A stretch of 64,000 nt of DNA from positions 8,633-72,632 of the forward strand of contig CAZBDU010000013.1 in the NCBI GenBank assembly GCA_964490725.1, in the 5' to 3' direction. A program made the position numbers and the translations under genes. Origin of the DNA: an uncultured Spirochaetaceae bacterium (GTDB taxonomy: Bacteria > Spirochaetota > Spirochaetia > SZUA-6 > DRHE01). Below the pieces are notes generated by a model. That model was not told where the DNA came from, made no database searches, and saw only the letters and a list, made by a program, of their open reading frames with translations. This document shows, one piece after another, positions 50,534 to 60,024 of the stretch. Every line of letters begins with the position of its first letter. Within the stretch, counting starts at the first letter, position 1.

Positions 50534-51792
50534 GTCCCACTCCCCCCGCAATACGCGTAGCTGAAGGCGGCGTACAGCTTGGCGGCTTCCACGAGCTGGG
50601 AAATCTCGATCTTCTCATTGATGGCGTGGGCCTCCTCCAGCCGGCCGGGACCGCAGATGACCACCGGGATGCCGCTTTCGGAGAACCAGCCGGCATCGCT
50701 GACCGACGGCCAGACCACGCTCTGCGCCTCGCGGCCCAGCACCTTGCTGAAAGTCCTGCCCAGGAGCTGCACCTGCGGATCATCCAGCCTCACCTCCGAG
50801 GCAGGAAAGATCTCGCCCCGGTCCCGGAACATGGAGCTGCCGCCGAAAATGACTTCGGGCGGGTTGTTCCTCAGCCAGGGGTCCGCCTGGCAGACGGCGT
50901 TCAGGTGCGACAGCACCTCCGCCTTGATCGCTTCCAAACGCTCGTTGGGCAGGTAGTGGATGGTGTACCAGAGGGAGCACTCGTCGGCGATGAAGGCCGG
51001 GTGCCGCCCTCCCTTGATGACCGCCGGGTTGATGGTGTTGGCCCCGGCAGGCATGCCCTGGTAGCCCTTCGTGACCGCCCAGTGCCGCTCCAGCTCCTGC
51101 ATCCCTCGCAGGATGTGAACCATCTTCTCGATGGCGCTGGCCGCCTCTATTCCGCCCCCGGCGTGGATCATCCGCGAGCGCAGCCCGTCGTGGTAGGTCT
51201 TGGGGCTGCGCACAATGACCCACATGGTCACCACGCCCCCCTGCCCTCCGATCTTCAGCTCCGACGGCTCGGGGATGATGGCGAAATCGCCCCGGAACCC
51301 CTTCTCCAGCAGCGTCTTCGTGCCGTGTTCCCCGGCCTCCTCTCCGATCACCGACTGGAACATCAGCGACCCATCCAACTGCACGCCCAGGTCGGTGAGC
51401 GTCTTGATGGCCCAGTAGGCCGCCGCCATCCCGCCTTTCATGTCCGCCGAACCCCGACCGTAGAGGTAGCGGCTGTCGCTGCGGGCGGTGAACGGCTCGA
51501 AGTCCCACTTCTCCTCCGGGTTGACCTGGGCCACGTCCACGTGGCCGTTGAACACCAGGGTGCGCTGGCCGCGCTTCCCGGGTTTGACTCCCACCAGGAG
51601 AGGCTCCTGCGGGTACAGGTCGAACATCTCGGTCTGGAGCCCCGCCTGCCGAAGCCGCTCGGCCAGCCACTTCTGGATACCCGCCGTGTTGTGCGCCGGC
51701 GGGTCGGGCGTGGCGAAACCGATCAGCCGGCCCGCGAAATCCAGCAGCTCGCCGCTGGAGTCCTCAATAGCCTGAAGGATTCTCTCCACCAT
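50527..51792 (-). CDS. M20 family metallohydrolase (ArgE/DapE/N-carbamoyl-amino-acid amidohydrolase-like)
   Basis: MVERILQAIE..LVFNGHVDV..GRGSADMKGGMAA..IGEEAGEHG.. Forms the C-terminal part of track ORF 50527-52857. Overlaps both flanking permease genes. Confidence 0.85.
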   Translation of the reverse strand: MVERILQAIEDSSGELLDFAGRLIGFATPDPPAHNTAGIQKWLAERLRQAGLQTEMFDLYPQEPLLVGVKPGKRGQRTLVFNGHVDVAQVNPEEKWDFEPFTARSDSRYLYGRGSADMKGGMAAAYWAIKTLTDLGVQLDGSLMFQSVIGEEAGEHGTKTLLEKGFRGDFAIIPEPSELKIGGQGGVVTMWVIVRSPKTYHDGLRSRMIHAGGGIEAASAIEKMVHILRGMQELERHWAVTKGYQGMPAGANTINPAVIKGGRHPAFIADECSLWYTIHYLPNERLEAIKAEVLSHLNAVCQADPWLRNNPPEVIFGGSSMFRDRGEIFPASEVRLDDPQVQLLGRTFSKVLGREAQSVVWPSVSDAGWFSESGIPVVICGPGRLEEAHAINEKIEISQLVEAAKLYAAFSYAYCGGSGTW

Positions 51793-52832
51793 CAGCGCAC
51801 CTCCCAGGCCGCGGTCATCCTGCCCTCCAGCCAGGTGGCGGAGACCACGCAGAGCAGCAAAAGCCCGACGAACACCTGCGAGAAGGTCGCCGGAATGCCC
51901 GCCAGGGTCAGCGAGGTGGCGCCCACCAGGACTCCGGAGATGAAAATGCTCACAAAGGGCAGAGCGACGATGTTCTCCCGGGCGAGCATGACCACCACGA
52001 TGGCAGTGAAGCCGTAGCCTCCGGTGACATTCTTCTCCATCCGGAAAAAGTCCCCGACGATCTCCACCGTTCCGCCGAGGGCCGAAACGGCACCGCTCAG
52101 CACCATGATGATCAGGGTGAGCGAGCGCATGCTCATCCCGGCCAGGCGCGCGGATTCCCGGCTCAACCCCACGGCCTGCAAACGGAAGCCGAGCGTGGTC
52201 GAGCTGAGGATGAACCAGATCGCCGGCACGATGACCAGGGCGACGAGGAAGGTGACGTTCAGCGGGTACTGCAGGAACGGCATGTGCGCCTGGGGCAGGA
52301 TCTCGGAGGTCCGCGGGTAGTTGGGGTTGGGCATGGACATGGGGCCGTAGATCAGGTAGTCCATCAGCTTCAGGGCAATGTAGTTCATCATCAGAGTGGA
52401 AAGCATCTCGTGGACCCCGAAGCGGTTCTTCAAGTATCCGGATATCCCCGACCAGATGCCCCCTCCCACCAGGGAAACCACGAAGATCAGCAGCAGCAGT
52501 ACATAAGCGGGCAGGCGCAGGTACAGCCCCAGGGCGGTGGAAAGGATGGCCCCGATCGCCATCTGCCCTTCGGCGCCCAGGTTCCACAGCCCGCAACGGA
52601 AGGCTGTGATCATCCCCGCGCCGGCGATCATGATGGGAGTTGCCTTGGCCAGCACCTCCAGCAGGCCGTAGACCGAGAAGAAGCTCTGGGAGAAGAACTC
52701 CCCGTAGGCGCCGATAGGGTCCTTGCCGGTGAACAGGAGGATGAAAAGACCGCCCAGGACAAAGGCCATCACAATGGCCGTCACGTAGGCCAGGGGCTTG
52801 CTGAGCCTGGCTAGGTTTTGTCTTTGGGACAT
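51792..52832 (-). CDS. ABC transporter permease (BMP/nucleoside-type, first permease)
   Basis: MSQRQNLARLSKPLAYVTAIVMAF..ATPIMIAGAGMITAFRCGLWNLGAEGQM.. Forms the C-terminal part of track ORF 51792-54170. Confidence 0.85.
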   Translation of the reverse strand: MSQRQNLARLSKPLAYVTAIVMAFVLGGLFILLFTGKDPIGAYGEFFSQSFFSVYGLLEVLAKATPIMIAGAGMITAFRCGLWNLGAEGQMAIGAILSTALGLYLRLPAYVLLLLIFVVSLVGGGIWSGISGYLKNRFGVHEMLSTLMMNYIALKLMDYLIYGPMSMPNPNYPRTSEILPQAHMPFLQYPLNVTFLVALVIVPAIWFILSSTTLGFRLQAVGLSRESARLAGMSMRSLTLIIMVLSGAVSALGGTVEIVGDFFRMEKNVTGGYGFTAIVVVMLARENIVALPFVSIFISGVLVGATSLTLAGIPATFSQVFVGLLLLCVVSATWLEGRMTAAWEVR

Positions 52833-54373
52833 GGTTTCCCTTCTGGGGCCTGCGCACCCCCGGTCATCAGGACTCCGACGTCGTACTTGGTGACCCCGGC
52901 CAGCTCCCGGAAGCAGCCGACCACCTGACCCCGGTAGAGCACAAACAGCCGGTCGCAGATCTTGTACAGCTCGTCCAGATCGGTGCCCAGGAACAGTATG
53001 GTGGCGCCGGACAGGGTCATTTCGCTGAGCTTTGAATAGAAGAAATTCTGCGAAGCAACGTCCAGCCCCTTGGTGGGGTGATAGGCGATCAACAGCCTCG
53101 GGCAGGCCTCGATCTTCCTTCCCAGGGCCAGCCGCTGCCGGTTTCCCCCCGACAGCTTCGCCGAGGAGAGGTTGATCCCCGGCGTCTGCACGTTGTAGGT
53201 ATCCACGATCCTCTGGGCGTGCCTCGCCACCGCGGGCCAGTTCATGACCCCCCGCCGGGAAAAGGGCTGCTTCTCCGGATAGTCCAGAATCGAGTTCTTG
53301 CGGATGCTGAACAGCGGCACCAGGGTGTTCGCGCTGGGCAGGTAGTTCATTCCCCGGCGCATGCGCGCCTGACAGGACAGGCGGGTGATGTCCCGGCCCC
53401 GGAAGCGGATGGTTCCGGCCTGCGCTTCCCGCAGCCCCATCAGGGCTTCGGCCAGCTGAGCGCTGCCGTTGCCTTCGATGGCCGCCACCCCCACGACTTC
53501 CCCCTCGTGCAGCTCCAGGCTGAGGTCGCGCACTGCCGGCAGGCCTCGATCGTCCGCCACATGCAGCCCTGAAACCGACAGGGCCATCTCCCCGCTCTTC
53601 CTGCCGACGCCGCCGAAGCGGTGGGAGAACTCCTCGCCGACCATCATCATCGTGAGGCGGTTGTAGTCCGCTTGCGCCGCGGGGAGAGTGCCCACCAGCT
53701 TCCCTTTCCGGAACACGGAGATGCGGTCGGAGATGGCAAGGGCCTCGTAGAGGCGGTGCGTGATGTTGAGGATGGTGTAGCCCTGCCGGTTCAGGTCCCG
53801 GATCACCCGCTGGAAGGACTCCAGCTCGTTGGGGGCCAGGACGTTGGTCGCCTCGTCCAGCAGGATGATGCGAGAGCCCAGGGCCAGGACCTTGAGGATC
53901 TCCACCTTCTGCTTCTCGCCTTCCGAGAGGTCCACGATTTCGGTGTCGAGGCGTTCCTCCAGGCCGAAACCGAACAGGTCCGACAGCCGCCTGACCTTCC
54001 GCGCCAGCTCCTGCTTCCTGGCCAGAAACCCGCTTTCCTGCAGGAAGAGGCTGACGTTCTCGACGACCGTCATGTCCTCGACGAGCTTGAAGAACTGCGG
54101 GACCATGCCAATGCCCAGCCGCAGGGCGTGCTTGGGATCGCGGATCTCCTGTTCCTGCCCTTCGACCCACACGCTTCCGCAGTCCTTCTGGTACAGGCCG
54201 TAGAGGATGTTCATCAGGGTGGTTTTGCCCGCCCCGTTCTCCCCCAGCAAGGTGTGGATCTCCCCGCGCTGGAAGGCCAGGGAGACGTCGTCGAGAGCCT
54301 GCACTTTCCCGAAGTGCTTGGAGACGCCCCGCACCTCCAGGACGATGTCCGTGCCTCTCCCGGTCTCTTTCAT
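52811..54373 (-). CDS. ABC transporter ATP-binding protein with two fused NBDs
   Basis: 520 aa. GENGAGKTT, LSEGEKQKVEI, ILLDEAT. Second NBD: AIEGNGSAQ, LSGGNRQRLAL. Confidence 0.9.
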   Translation of the reverse strand: MKETGRGTDIVLEVRGVSKHFGKVQALDDVSLAFQRGEIHTLLGENGAGKTTLMNILYGLYQKDCGSVWVEGQEQEIRDPKHALRLGIGMVPQFFKLVEDMTVVENVSLFLQESGFLARKQELARKVRRLSDLFGFGLEERLDTEIVDLSEGEKQKVEILKVLALGSRIILLDEATNVLAPNELESFQRVIRDLNRQGYTILNITHRLYEALAISDRISVFRKGKLVGTLPAAQADYNRLTMMMVGEEFSHRFGGVGRKSGEMALSVSGLHVADDRGLPAVRDLSLELHEGEVVGVAAIEGNGSAQLAEALMGLREAQAGTIRFRGRDITRLSCQARMRRGMNYLPSANTLVPLFSIRKNSILDYPEKQPFSRRGVMNWPAVARHAQRIVDTYNVQTPGINLSSAKLSGGNRQRLALGRKIEACPRLLIAYHPTKGLDVASQNFFYSKLSEMTLSGATILFLGTDLDELYKICDRLFVLYRGQVVGCFRELAGVTKYDVGVLMTGGAQAPEGKPCPKDKT

Positions 54374-56649
54374 GCGTCCTTCAAATCCCGCTGGAGCGCG
54401 AAATACACGTCCTCGGCCTTCACCGGAAGCTGGTGAAAGCGGATGCCGACGGCGTTGTGGATGGCATTGACGATCGCCGGCGCCGTGTTGTTGAGGCCGA
54501 TCTCGCCGACCCCTTTCGCGCCGTAGGGACCTTCCTTGTCGGCGCTTTCTACCAGGATGATCCGGATCTCCGGCATGTCCATGGAGGTGGGCAGCATGTA
54601 CTTTTCGAAGCAGTCACTCACCACTCTCCCTTTGGCGTCGGTGATCAGCTCCTCGCTCAGAGCGTAGCCCACACCCTGGAGCACCGCCCCCTCGATCTGG
54701 CCTTCCACGGCCAGGGGATTGATGGCCTTGCCCACGTCCTGGGCCACGGTCACCCGCTCCACCTGCACCTCGCCGGTCAGGGTGTCCACCAGCACCTCGG
54801 CCACCTGGATGGAGAAGGCGAAGGCGGCGGAGGTGTTGGCGTAGCCGTTGGGCGGCAGCCGCTCGCTGGGCGGCGAATACTGGAAAGCAGAAGAAAGCAC
54901 GTGCCCGATGCACCGCGGAGAACGGAACACGGCCTCCCCGTAATCCAGGCTCTTGCTTTCGTCGCCGCGCGCCTGAATCCGGCCGTCCCGCACGACCAGC
55001 TGCTCCACCGGGAGGCCCAACACCGCCGCGGCCGACTCCAGCAGATACCCCCGCAGCTGGCCGGCCGCTCCCCGCGCGGCGTTGCCGTCCTCGAAGCAGA
55101 CCCGGGAGGCGAAGCTCCCCAGCGACACCGGGGCGGTCAGGGTGTCGTAGCCCATGACCTTGATGCTGGACAGCGGCAGATCCAGCTCCTCGGCCACGAT
55201 TTGGGCCAGCACGGTGTCGGCCCAGGTGCCGGTGTCCCCGCTGCCCTTGTACAGCGCCACCTGCCCGTCCCTGAACATCTTCAGCTCGATGCTGGAGAAC
55301 TCGCCATCCGGGAAGATGTTGCTGCCGCTGACGTGGATGGCCCCGGCCAGTCCGATGCCTCGCCGCAGCCGGCCCTGCTTGGGGGCTCTCCACTTGCGTT
55401 CCCAGTCCGTAGCCTCAAGCGCCTTCTGCAGGCACTCCCCGAACCCGCAGGAGGTGATCCTCCAACCGCAGGCGGTGACCTCCCCGGACTCCGTGAGGTT
55501 GCGCTGACGGATCTGCACCGGGTCCAGACCCAGCTCCTGGGCGATCCGGTCCAGCTGGGTGTCGATGGCGAAGCAGACCTGCGGGGCTCCAAAGCCGCGG
55601 AAGGGCCCCCCGACCTCCTTATTGGTGTAGACGATCTTGGCCCGATAACGGAAGTTCGGGACCCGGTACAACGAGGAGGCGATGCCCCCGGCGTACCCGG
55701 TCACCCCGGGGCCGTAATGGCAGTAGGCCCCCTTGTCGGCCACGACCTGCATCTCGCGGGCCAGCAGAGTGCCGTCCTGGCGCACGCCCGTCTTGATCTT
55801 CATGCGATAGGGGTGGCGGATGCGGGTGGTGGTCATCTCCTCTTCGCGGGTGAAGTTGATCTTCACCGGCCGGCCCGTACGGATGGCCAGCAGCGCCGTG
55901 ACCCCCTCGTCCTCGCAGTACTTGGAGCGGGAACCGAAACCGCCTCCCGACAGGATGGGCATCACCCGCACCTGCGAAAGCGGGAGGTTGCACACGTGCG
56001 CCACTTCCTTGCGCACGAAGTAGGGACTCTGGGTGCCCGACCAGATCTCCAGCACATCGTCCCCGGTGAGTCGGGCGACGCTGCAGCGCGGCTCCAGGTT
56101 GCAGTGGGCGGCGGCCTGGGTGGAGTACTCGTCCTCGAACACCCGATCGCAGGCGGCAAAGGCGGAGTCCACGTCGCCGAAGTCGCGGTTGATCTGCAGC
56201 ATCAGGTTGCTCTTGCCCTCGTGGATTTGCGGCGCATCTTCCTTGAGCGCCTCCTCCGGATCCAGCAGGGCGGGCAGCGGCTCGTATTCCACCTCGATGA
56301 GCTTCAGGGCGGCGCTGGCGGCCTCCAGGCTCTCCGCCGCCACCGCGGCCACAGCGTCCCCCACGTAACGGACCTTGTCCTTGGCCAGAACCGGCATATC
56401 GGGGATCTGGGCCTGGTAGTTGATGCCCGGGGTGTCCTTACCGGTCATGACGGTGACCACGCCCGGCACTGCCAGCGCCTTGGATGCGTCGATGCTCAAG
56501 ATTCGCGCATGCGCGTGCGGGCTGCGCAGGATCCTGGCCTGCAGCATGTTGGGCAACTTCAGGTCGTCGCCGTATTCGGCCTTGCCGCTGATCTTCGCGT
56601 AGCCGTGGACTTCCGGCACCCGCTGGCCAATGTACCGGTTCTTGCTCAT
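54370..56649 (-). CDS. Xanthine dehydrogenase family molybdopterin-binding subunit
   Basis: MSKNRYIGQRVPEVHGYAKISGKAEYGDDL (a/b-hammerhead N-terminus), ..GGGFGS.., ..KGVGEIG.. ATG at 56649 preferred; the track ORF starts at TTG 56664. Confidence 0.9.
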   Translation of the reverse strand: MSKNRYIGQRVPEVHGYAKISGKAEYGDDLKLPNMLQARILRSPHAHARILSIDASKALAVPGVVTVMTGKDTPGINYQAQIPDMPVLAKDKVRYVGDAVAAVAAESLEAASAALKLIEVEYEPLPALLDPEEALKEDAPQIHEGKSNLMLQINRDFGDVDSAFAACDRVFEDEYSTQAAAHCNLEPRCSVARLTGDDVLEIWSGTQSPYFVRKEVAHVCNLPLSQVRVMPILSGGGFGSRSKYCEDEGVTALLAIRTGRPVKINFTREEEMTTTRIRHPYRMKIKTGVRQDGTLLAREMQVVADKGAYCHYGPGVTGYAGGIASSLYRVPNFRYRAKIVYTNKEVGGPFRGFGAPQVCFAIDTQLDRIAQELGLDPVQIRQRNLTESGEVTACGWRITSCGFGECLQKALEATDWERKWRAPKQGRLRRGIGLAGAIHVSGSNIFPDGEFSSIELKMFRDGQVALYKGSGDTGTWADTVLAQIVAEELDLPLSSIKVMGYDTLTAPVSLGSFASRVCFEDGNAARGAAGQLRGYLLESAAAVLGLPVEQLVVRDGRIQARGDESKSLDYGEAVFRSPRCIGHVLSSAFQYSPPSERLPPNGYANTSAAFAFSIQVAEVLVDTLTGEVQVERVTVAQDVGKAINPLAVEGQIEGAVLQGVGYALSEELITDAKGRVVSDCFEKYMLPTSMDMPEIRIILVESADKEGPYGAKGVGEIGLNNTAPAIVNAIHNAVGIRFHQLPVKAEDVYFALQRDLKDA

Positions 56650-56660
56650 GCTCCTCGCTC

Positions 56661-57338
56661 TCAATAGTTCTTGACCTGCACGCCGTACGGGTCGCGGTGC
56701 GCCCGTTCGACCAGATCCTGCGGACGCAGCTTGCCGCGGTCGAACCTCTCCTCGTGAGTGAAGTCAGCCGGGTTTCTGCGCTCCGGCGGAGTCTTGGCCG
56801 GTCCGCCGGGGTATCCCAGAGGCAGGCTGCAGATCACCTTCAGCGGGTCGGGGACCCCCAGGATCGCCTTCACCTCCTCCGGGTAGAAGTTGGTGAACAC
56901 AGCCGAGCCCAGCCCCAGGGCGTGCGCCGCCAGCAGCATGTTCTGGATGGCCATGCTCACGCTGCCCCACAGGGCGAAAAGCTCCATCTGGTCGTCCACC
57001 CCGTGCATCATGCTGACGTACTGGAAACGGGGGTCCGCGCAGATCACCAGCTGTAAGGGAGCCTCCAGCAGATACCCGCCGGTGAAAGTGCGCAGGAAGG
57101 GGAAATCCCTAAGCTCCTTGATGCGAGCCACCACCCGCCGCACGCTCTTCTGGATGCGCTCCCGGGTGGCCAGGTCCCTGACCACGACGACGTCCCAGGG
57201 CTGGGAGTTCGCGCTGGAGGGAGCCCAGCGGCCGGCCTCGATGACCGCGCGGATCGCCTCCTCGGGCACCGGGTCCGGCTTGTAGGCGCGGACCGTTCGC
57301 CGCCCGCGCACGATCGACAACAGCTCTTCGGCTTGCAT
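56661..57338 (-). CDS. Nitroreductase family protein
   Basis: 225 aa. RRTVRAYKPDPVPEEAIRAVIEAGRWAPSSANSQPWDVVVV. Confidence 0.85.
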   Translation of the reverse strand: MQAEELLSIVRGRRTVRAYKPDPVPEEAIRAVIEAGRWAPSSANSQPWDVVVVRDLATRERIQKSVRRVVARIKELRDFPFLRTFTGGYLLEAPLQLVICADPRFQYVSMMHGVDDQMELFALWGSVSMAIQNMLLAAHALGLGSAVFTNFYPEEVKAILGVPDPLKVICSLPLGYPGGPAKTPPERRNPADFTHEERFDRGKLRPQDLVERAHRDPYGVQVKNY

Positions 57339-57348
57339 GCCTTTCTCC

Positions 57349-58668
57349 CTACCTGGCCTTCTTCTCCGCCGCCGTCAGGGCCTTCTCGAAGACCTCCAGC
57401 ACCCTCCCGGCCTGCTCGCGACTAAGGCAAAGGGCCGGCTGGAAGCGGATGCGGTTATAATAGAAGCCTCCCCGGCCGAGCAGCACGTTCTGCTTCAGCG
57501 CCTCGTCGAGGATCGTGGTGAGCACCTCGTTGCCTGCCGGGGTGCGGGCCTTCTTGTCGCTCACGATCTCGGCGCCGATCATCAGCCCCCGGCCCTGGAC
57601 GTCGTCCAGGAACGGGTGGCTGCGGCTGAGCTGGAGGAGCCCCTCCTTCAGGAACTCCCCGACCTCCCGGGCATTGTCCATCAGCTTCTCTTCGACGATA
57701 ACCTCCAGGCTCGCCAAGGCCGCCCGGCAGCTCACCGGGTTACCGCCGAAGGTGGAGAAGTCGGGGCCGGGGAACGAGTCGGCTACCTGGGCGCTGGCCA
57801 TCACCGCCCCGATCGGCAGTCCCCCGCCCAGCGCCTTGGCAACGGTGATCACGTCGGGCGTCACCCCGCAGTGCTCGATGCCGAACCACTTGCCGGTGCG
57901 CCCGAAGCCGGTCTGCACCTCGTCCACCAGCAGGAGGATCTTGTTCTCGTCGAGGATGGGCTTCAGGACCTTGAAGTAGTCCGGCGGGGCGCACACGATG
58001 CCGCCGATGCCCTGGATGGTCTCGACCATGACGGCGGCCACGCGCCTGCAGGTCTGGCTCTTGAGCAGCACGTCCAGGTAGCGGGCGCAGGCGGTCCCGC
58101 ACTTCTCCGGGTCCTTGTGCCCCAGCGAGCAGCGGTAGCAGTGGTAGCCCGGCAGGTGCGTCGCTCCCGGCATGAACGGCCCCAGGCCCGCTCGCCAGGA
58201 GCCCAGCCCGGTCAGGCTCATGGTGAAGCCGCCGCGGCCGTAGAAACCGTTCTGCAGGCCCAGCAGCTCGAACTTGCCCGTGGCAACCCGGGCCAGGGTC
58301 AGGGCGTGCTCATTGGCCTCCGTGCCGGAGTTGCAGAAGAACACCCTGGCCCTGCCGCGGTCCATCGGGGAAATCTCCGAGAGTTTCTTGGCCAGCAGGG
58401 GCATGGGCACCGTGCGGTAGAGGGTGGACATGTGGGTCAGCTTGCCCACCTGGTCGCGGACCGCCTGCACCACCTTGGGGTGGGTGTGGCCGACATTCAG
58501 GACCGCAACCCCGCTGAAGCAGTCGATGTACTCCTGCCCCTCCAGATCGGTGACCACGGCCCCGTGCCCTGCAACGAAGACCTTGTCGTTCCAGGCCTCC
58601 ACGGACTTCATCAGGTACCTGTCCTGCAGCTCGATCAGCTGTCTGCTCGTAAGCCTTTTCTCATCCAC
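57349..58668 (-). CDS. Class III (omega) aminotransferase, PLP-dependent
   Basis: 439 aa. DCFSGVAVLNVGHTHPKV.., LLLVDEVQTGFGRTGKWF.., VTVAKALGGGLPIG. Confidence 0.9.
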   Translation of the reverse strand: MDEKRLTSRQLIELQDRYLMKSVEAWNDKVFVAGHGAVVTDLEGQEYIDCFSGVAVLNVGHTHPKVVQAVRDQVGKLTHMSTLYRTVPMPLLAKKLSEISPMDRGRARVFFCNSGTEANEHALTLARVATGKFELLGLQNGFYGRGGFTMSLTGLGSWRAGLGPFMPGATHLPGYHCYRCSLGHKDPEKCGTACARYLDVLLKSQTCRRVAAVMVETIQGIGGIVCAPPDYFKVLKPILDENKILLLVDEVQTGFGRTGKWFGIEHCGVTPDVITVAKALGGGLPIGAVMASAQVADSFPGPDFSTFGGNPVSCRAALASLEVIVEEKLMDNAREVGEFLKEGLLQLSRSHPFLDDVQGRGLMIGAEIVSDKKARTPAGNEVLTTILDEALKQNVLLGRGGFYYNRIRFQPALCLSREQAGRVLEVFEKALTAAEKKAR

Positions 58669-58680
58669 GGCGTGGGCTCC

Positions 58681-60009
58681 TCATCTTCTGGCCTTGATCA
58701 CCCGCTGGGCCGCCTCCGCCGCGCTGTCGATGACCTCGCGCTCGTCCACCGTGAGCATTCGGCGAGCCTTCATCACCACCCGCCCGTCGATGATGACCGT
58801 GTCTACGTTCTCCCCGTGGGCGGCGAAGACCAGGTGGGCGTAGACGTTGAAGTTCTTGCCGGTGAAAAGCGGGGTCAGCGAGGGGGCGCGCATGTTCACC
58901 AGGATCACGTCGGCCTTCTTGCCGGCTTCCAGGGAGCCGATCTCCTTTTCCAGCCCCAGCGCCATGGCCCCCCCGCGGGTGGCCATGGACAGCACCTGCT
59001 CGGAGGGCAGGAGGCTCGCGTCGGTGTGCACCGCTTTCTGGAACAGGGATGCGTACTTCATGACCTCGAACATGTCGTTGTTGTTGTTGCACGGGGCATC
59101 ATCGGTCCCCAGGCCGACGTTGATGCCCGCCTTCAGGTAGTCCACCGTCCGGGCCACCCCATTGCCCAGCTTGGCGTTGGAGACGGGGTTGTAGGAGATG
59201 TGCGTGCCGGTGTCACGCATGATCTGGATCTCGCGGTCCGAAAGCCAGACGCAGTGCGCGGCCACCACGTCCGGGCCCAGCAGGCCCAGCGCGTGGACGA
59301 ACTCCACCGGCGGCTTGCCGTATTTCTCGGTGCACATCCGGACTTCTTCCCTGGATTCGTTCAAGTGCACATGGATGCCCACCCCGTGCTTGTCGGCCAG
59401 CTCCCGGCAGCGGCGGATGTACTGCTCGGAGCAGACCGGCACCCACTCCACCCCGAACCGGAAGGTGATGCGCCCTCCCGCCGAGTTGTTCCGTTCCAGG
59501 AGCGCCCGCTCGTTGTCCTCCAGACTCTCCTGCCCGGGCACCAGGTCCGCCCCTTCGCTGGACAGCACCGCCCGGATGCCCACTCTCTCCGCCGCGTCGG
59601 CCAGAGCCGGCAGCTTGATGTACATGTCGTTGACGCAGGTGGTCCCGCCCTTGATCACCTCCGTGTAAGCCAGCAGGCCCGCTTTGCGGGCGTCCTCCGG
59701 GCCCATAGCCGCGAGCATCGGGTAGTAGATTGTTTCCAGCCAGGCCTCCAGCCCCAGGTGCTCCCCCACCCCACGGGAGAAATTGTCCGAGTGCAGGTGC
59801 AGGTTCACCAGCCCCGGCATCACCACCATACCGCGGGCGTCCAGCTGCTCCCGGCCGCGGTACCGCTTCCGCAGCTCACCGGTTGCCCCCACCTCCACGA
59901 TGCGCCCCCGATCGATGGCCGCGCCGCCGTCGTCCAGCACGCGCCGTCGCTCGTCCATGGCGAGCACGATCCCGCCGTGTATCAGGATGTCCACGTCCCG
60001 TGCAGGCAT
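58681..60009 (-). CDS. Amidohydrolase (TRZ/ATZ, MTA/SAH- or nucleobase-deaminase-like)
   Basis: PGLVNLHLHS, HVHLNESREE, GLGTDDAPCNNN. ATG at 60009 after GGGAGGA preferred; the track ORF starts at TTG 60018. Confidence 0.85.
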   Translation of the reverse strand: MPARDVDILIHGGIVLAMDERRRVLDDGGAAIDRGRIVEVGATGELRKRYRGREQLDARGMVVMPGLVNLHLHSDNFSRGVGEHLGLEAWLETIYYPMLAAMGPEDARKAGLLAYTEVIKGGTTCVNDMYIKLPALADAAERVGIRAVLSSEGADLVPGQESLEDNERALLERNNSAGGRITFRFGVEWVPVCSEQYIRRCRELADKHGVGIHVHLNESREEVRMCTEKYGKPPVEFVHALGLLGPDVVAAHCVWLSDREIQIMRDTGTHISYNPVSNAKLGNGVARTVDYLKAGINVGLGTDDAPCNNNNDMFEVMKYASLFQKAVHTDASLLPSEQVLSMATRGGAMALGLEKEIGSLEAGKKADVILVNMRAPSLTPLFTGKNFNVYAHLVFAAHGENVDTVIIDGRVVMKARRMLTVDEREVIDSAAEAAQRVIKARR

Positions 60010-60024
60010 CGTCCGCAATCCTCC

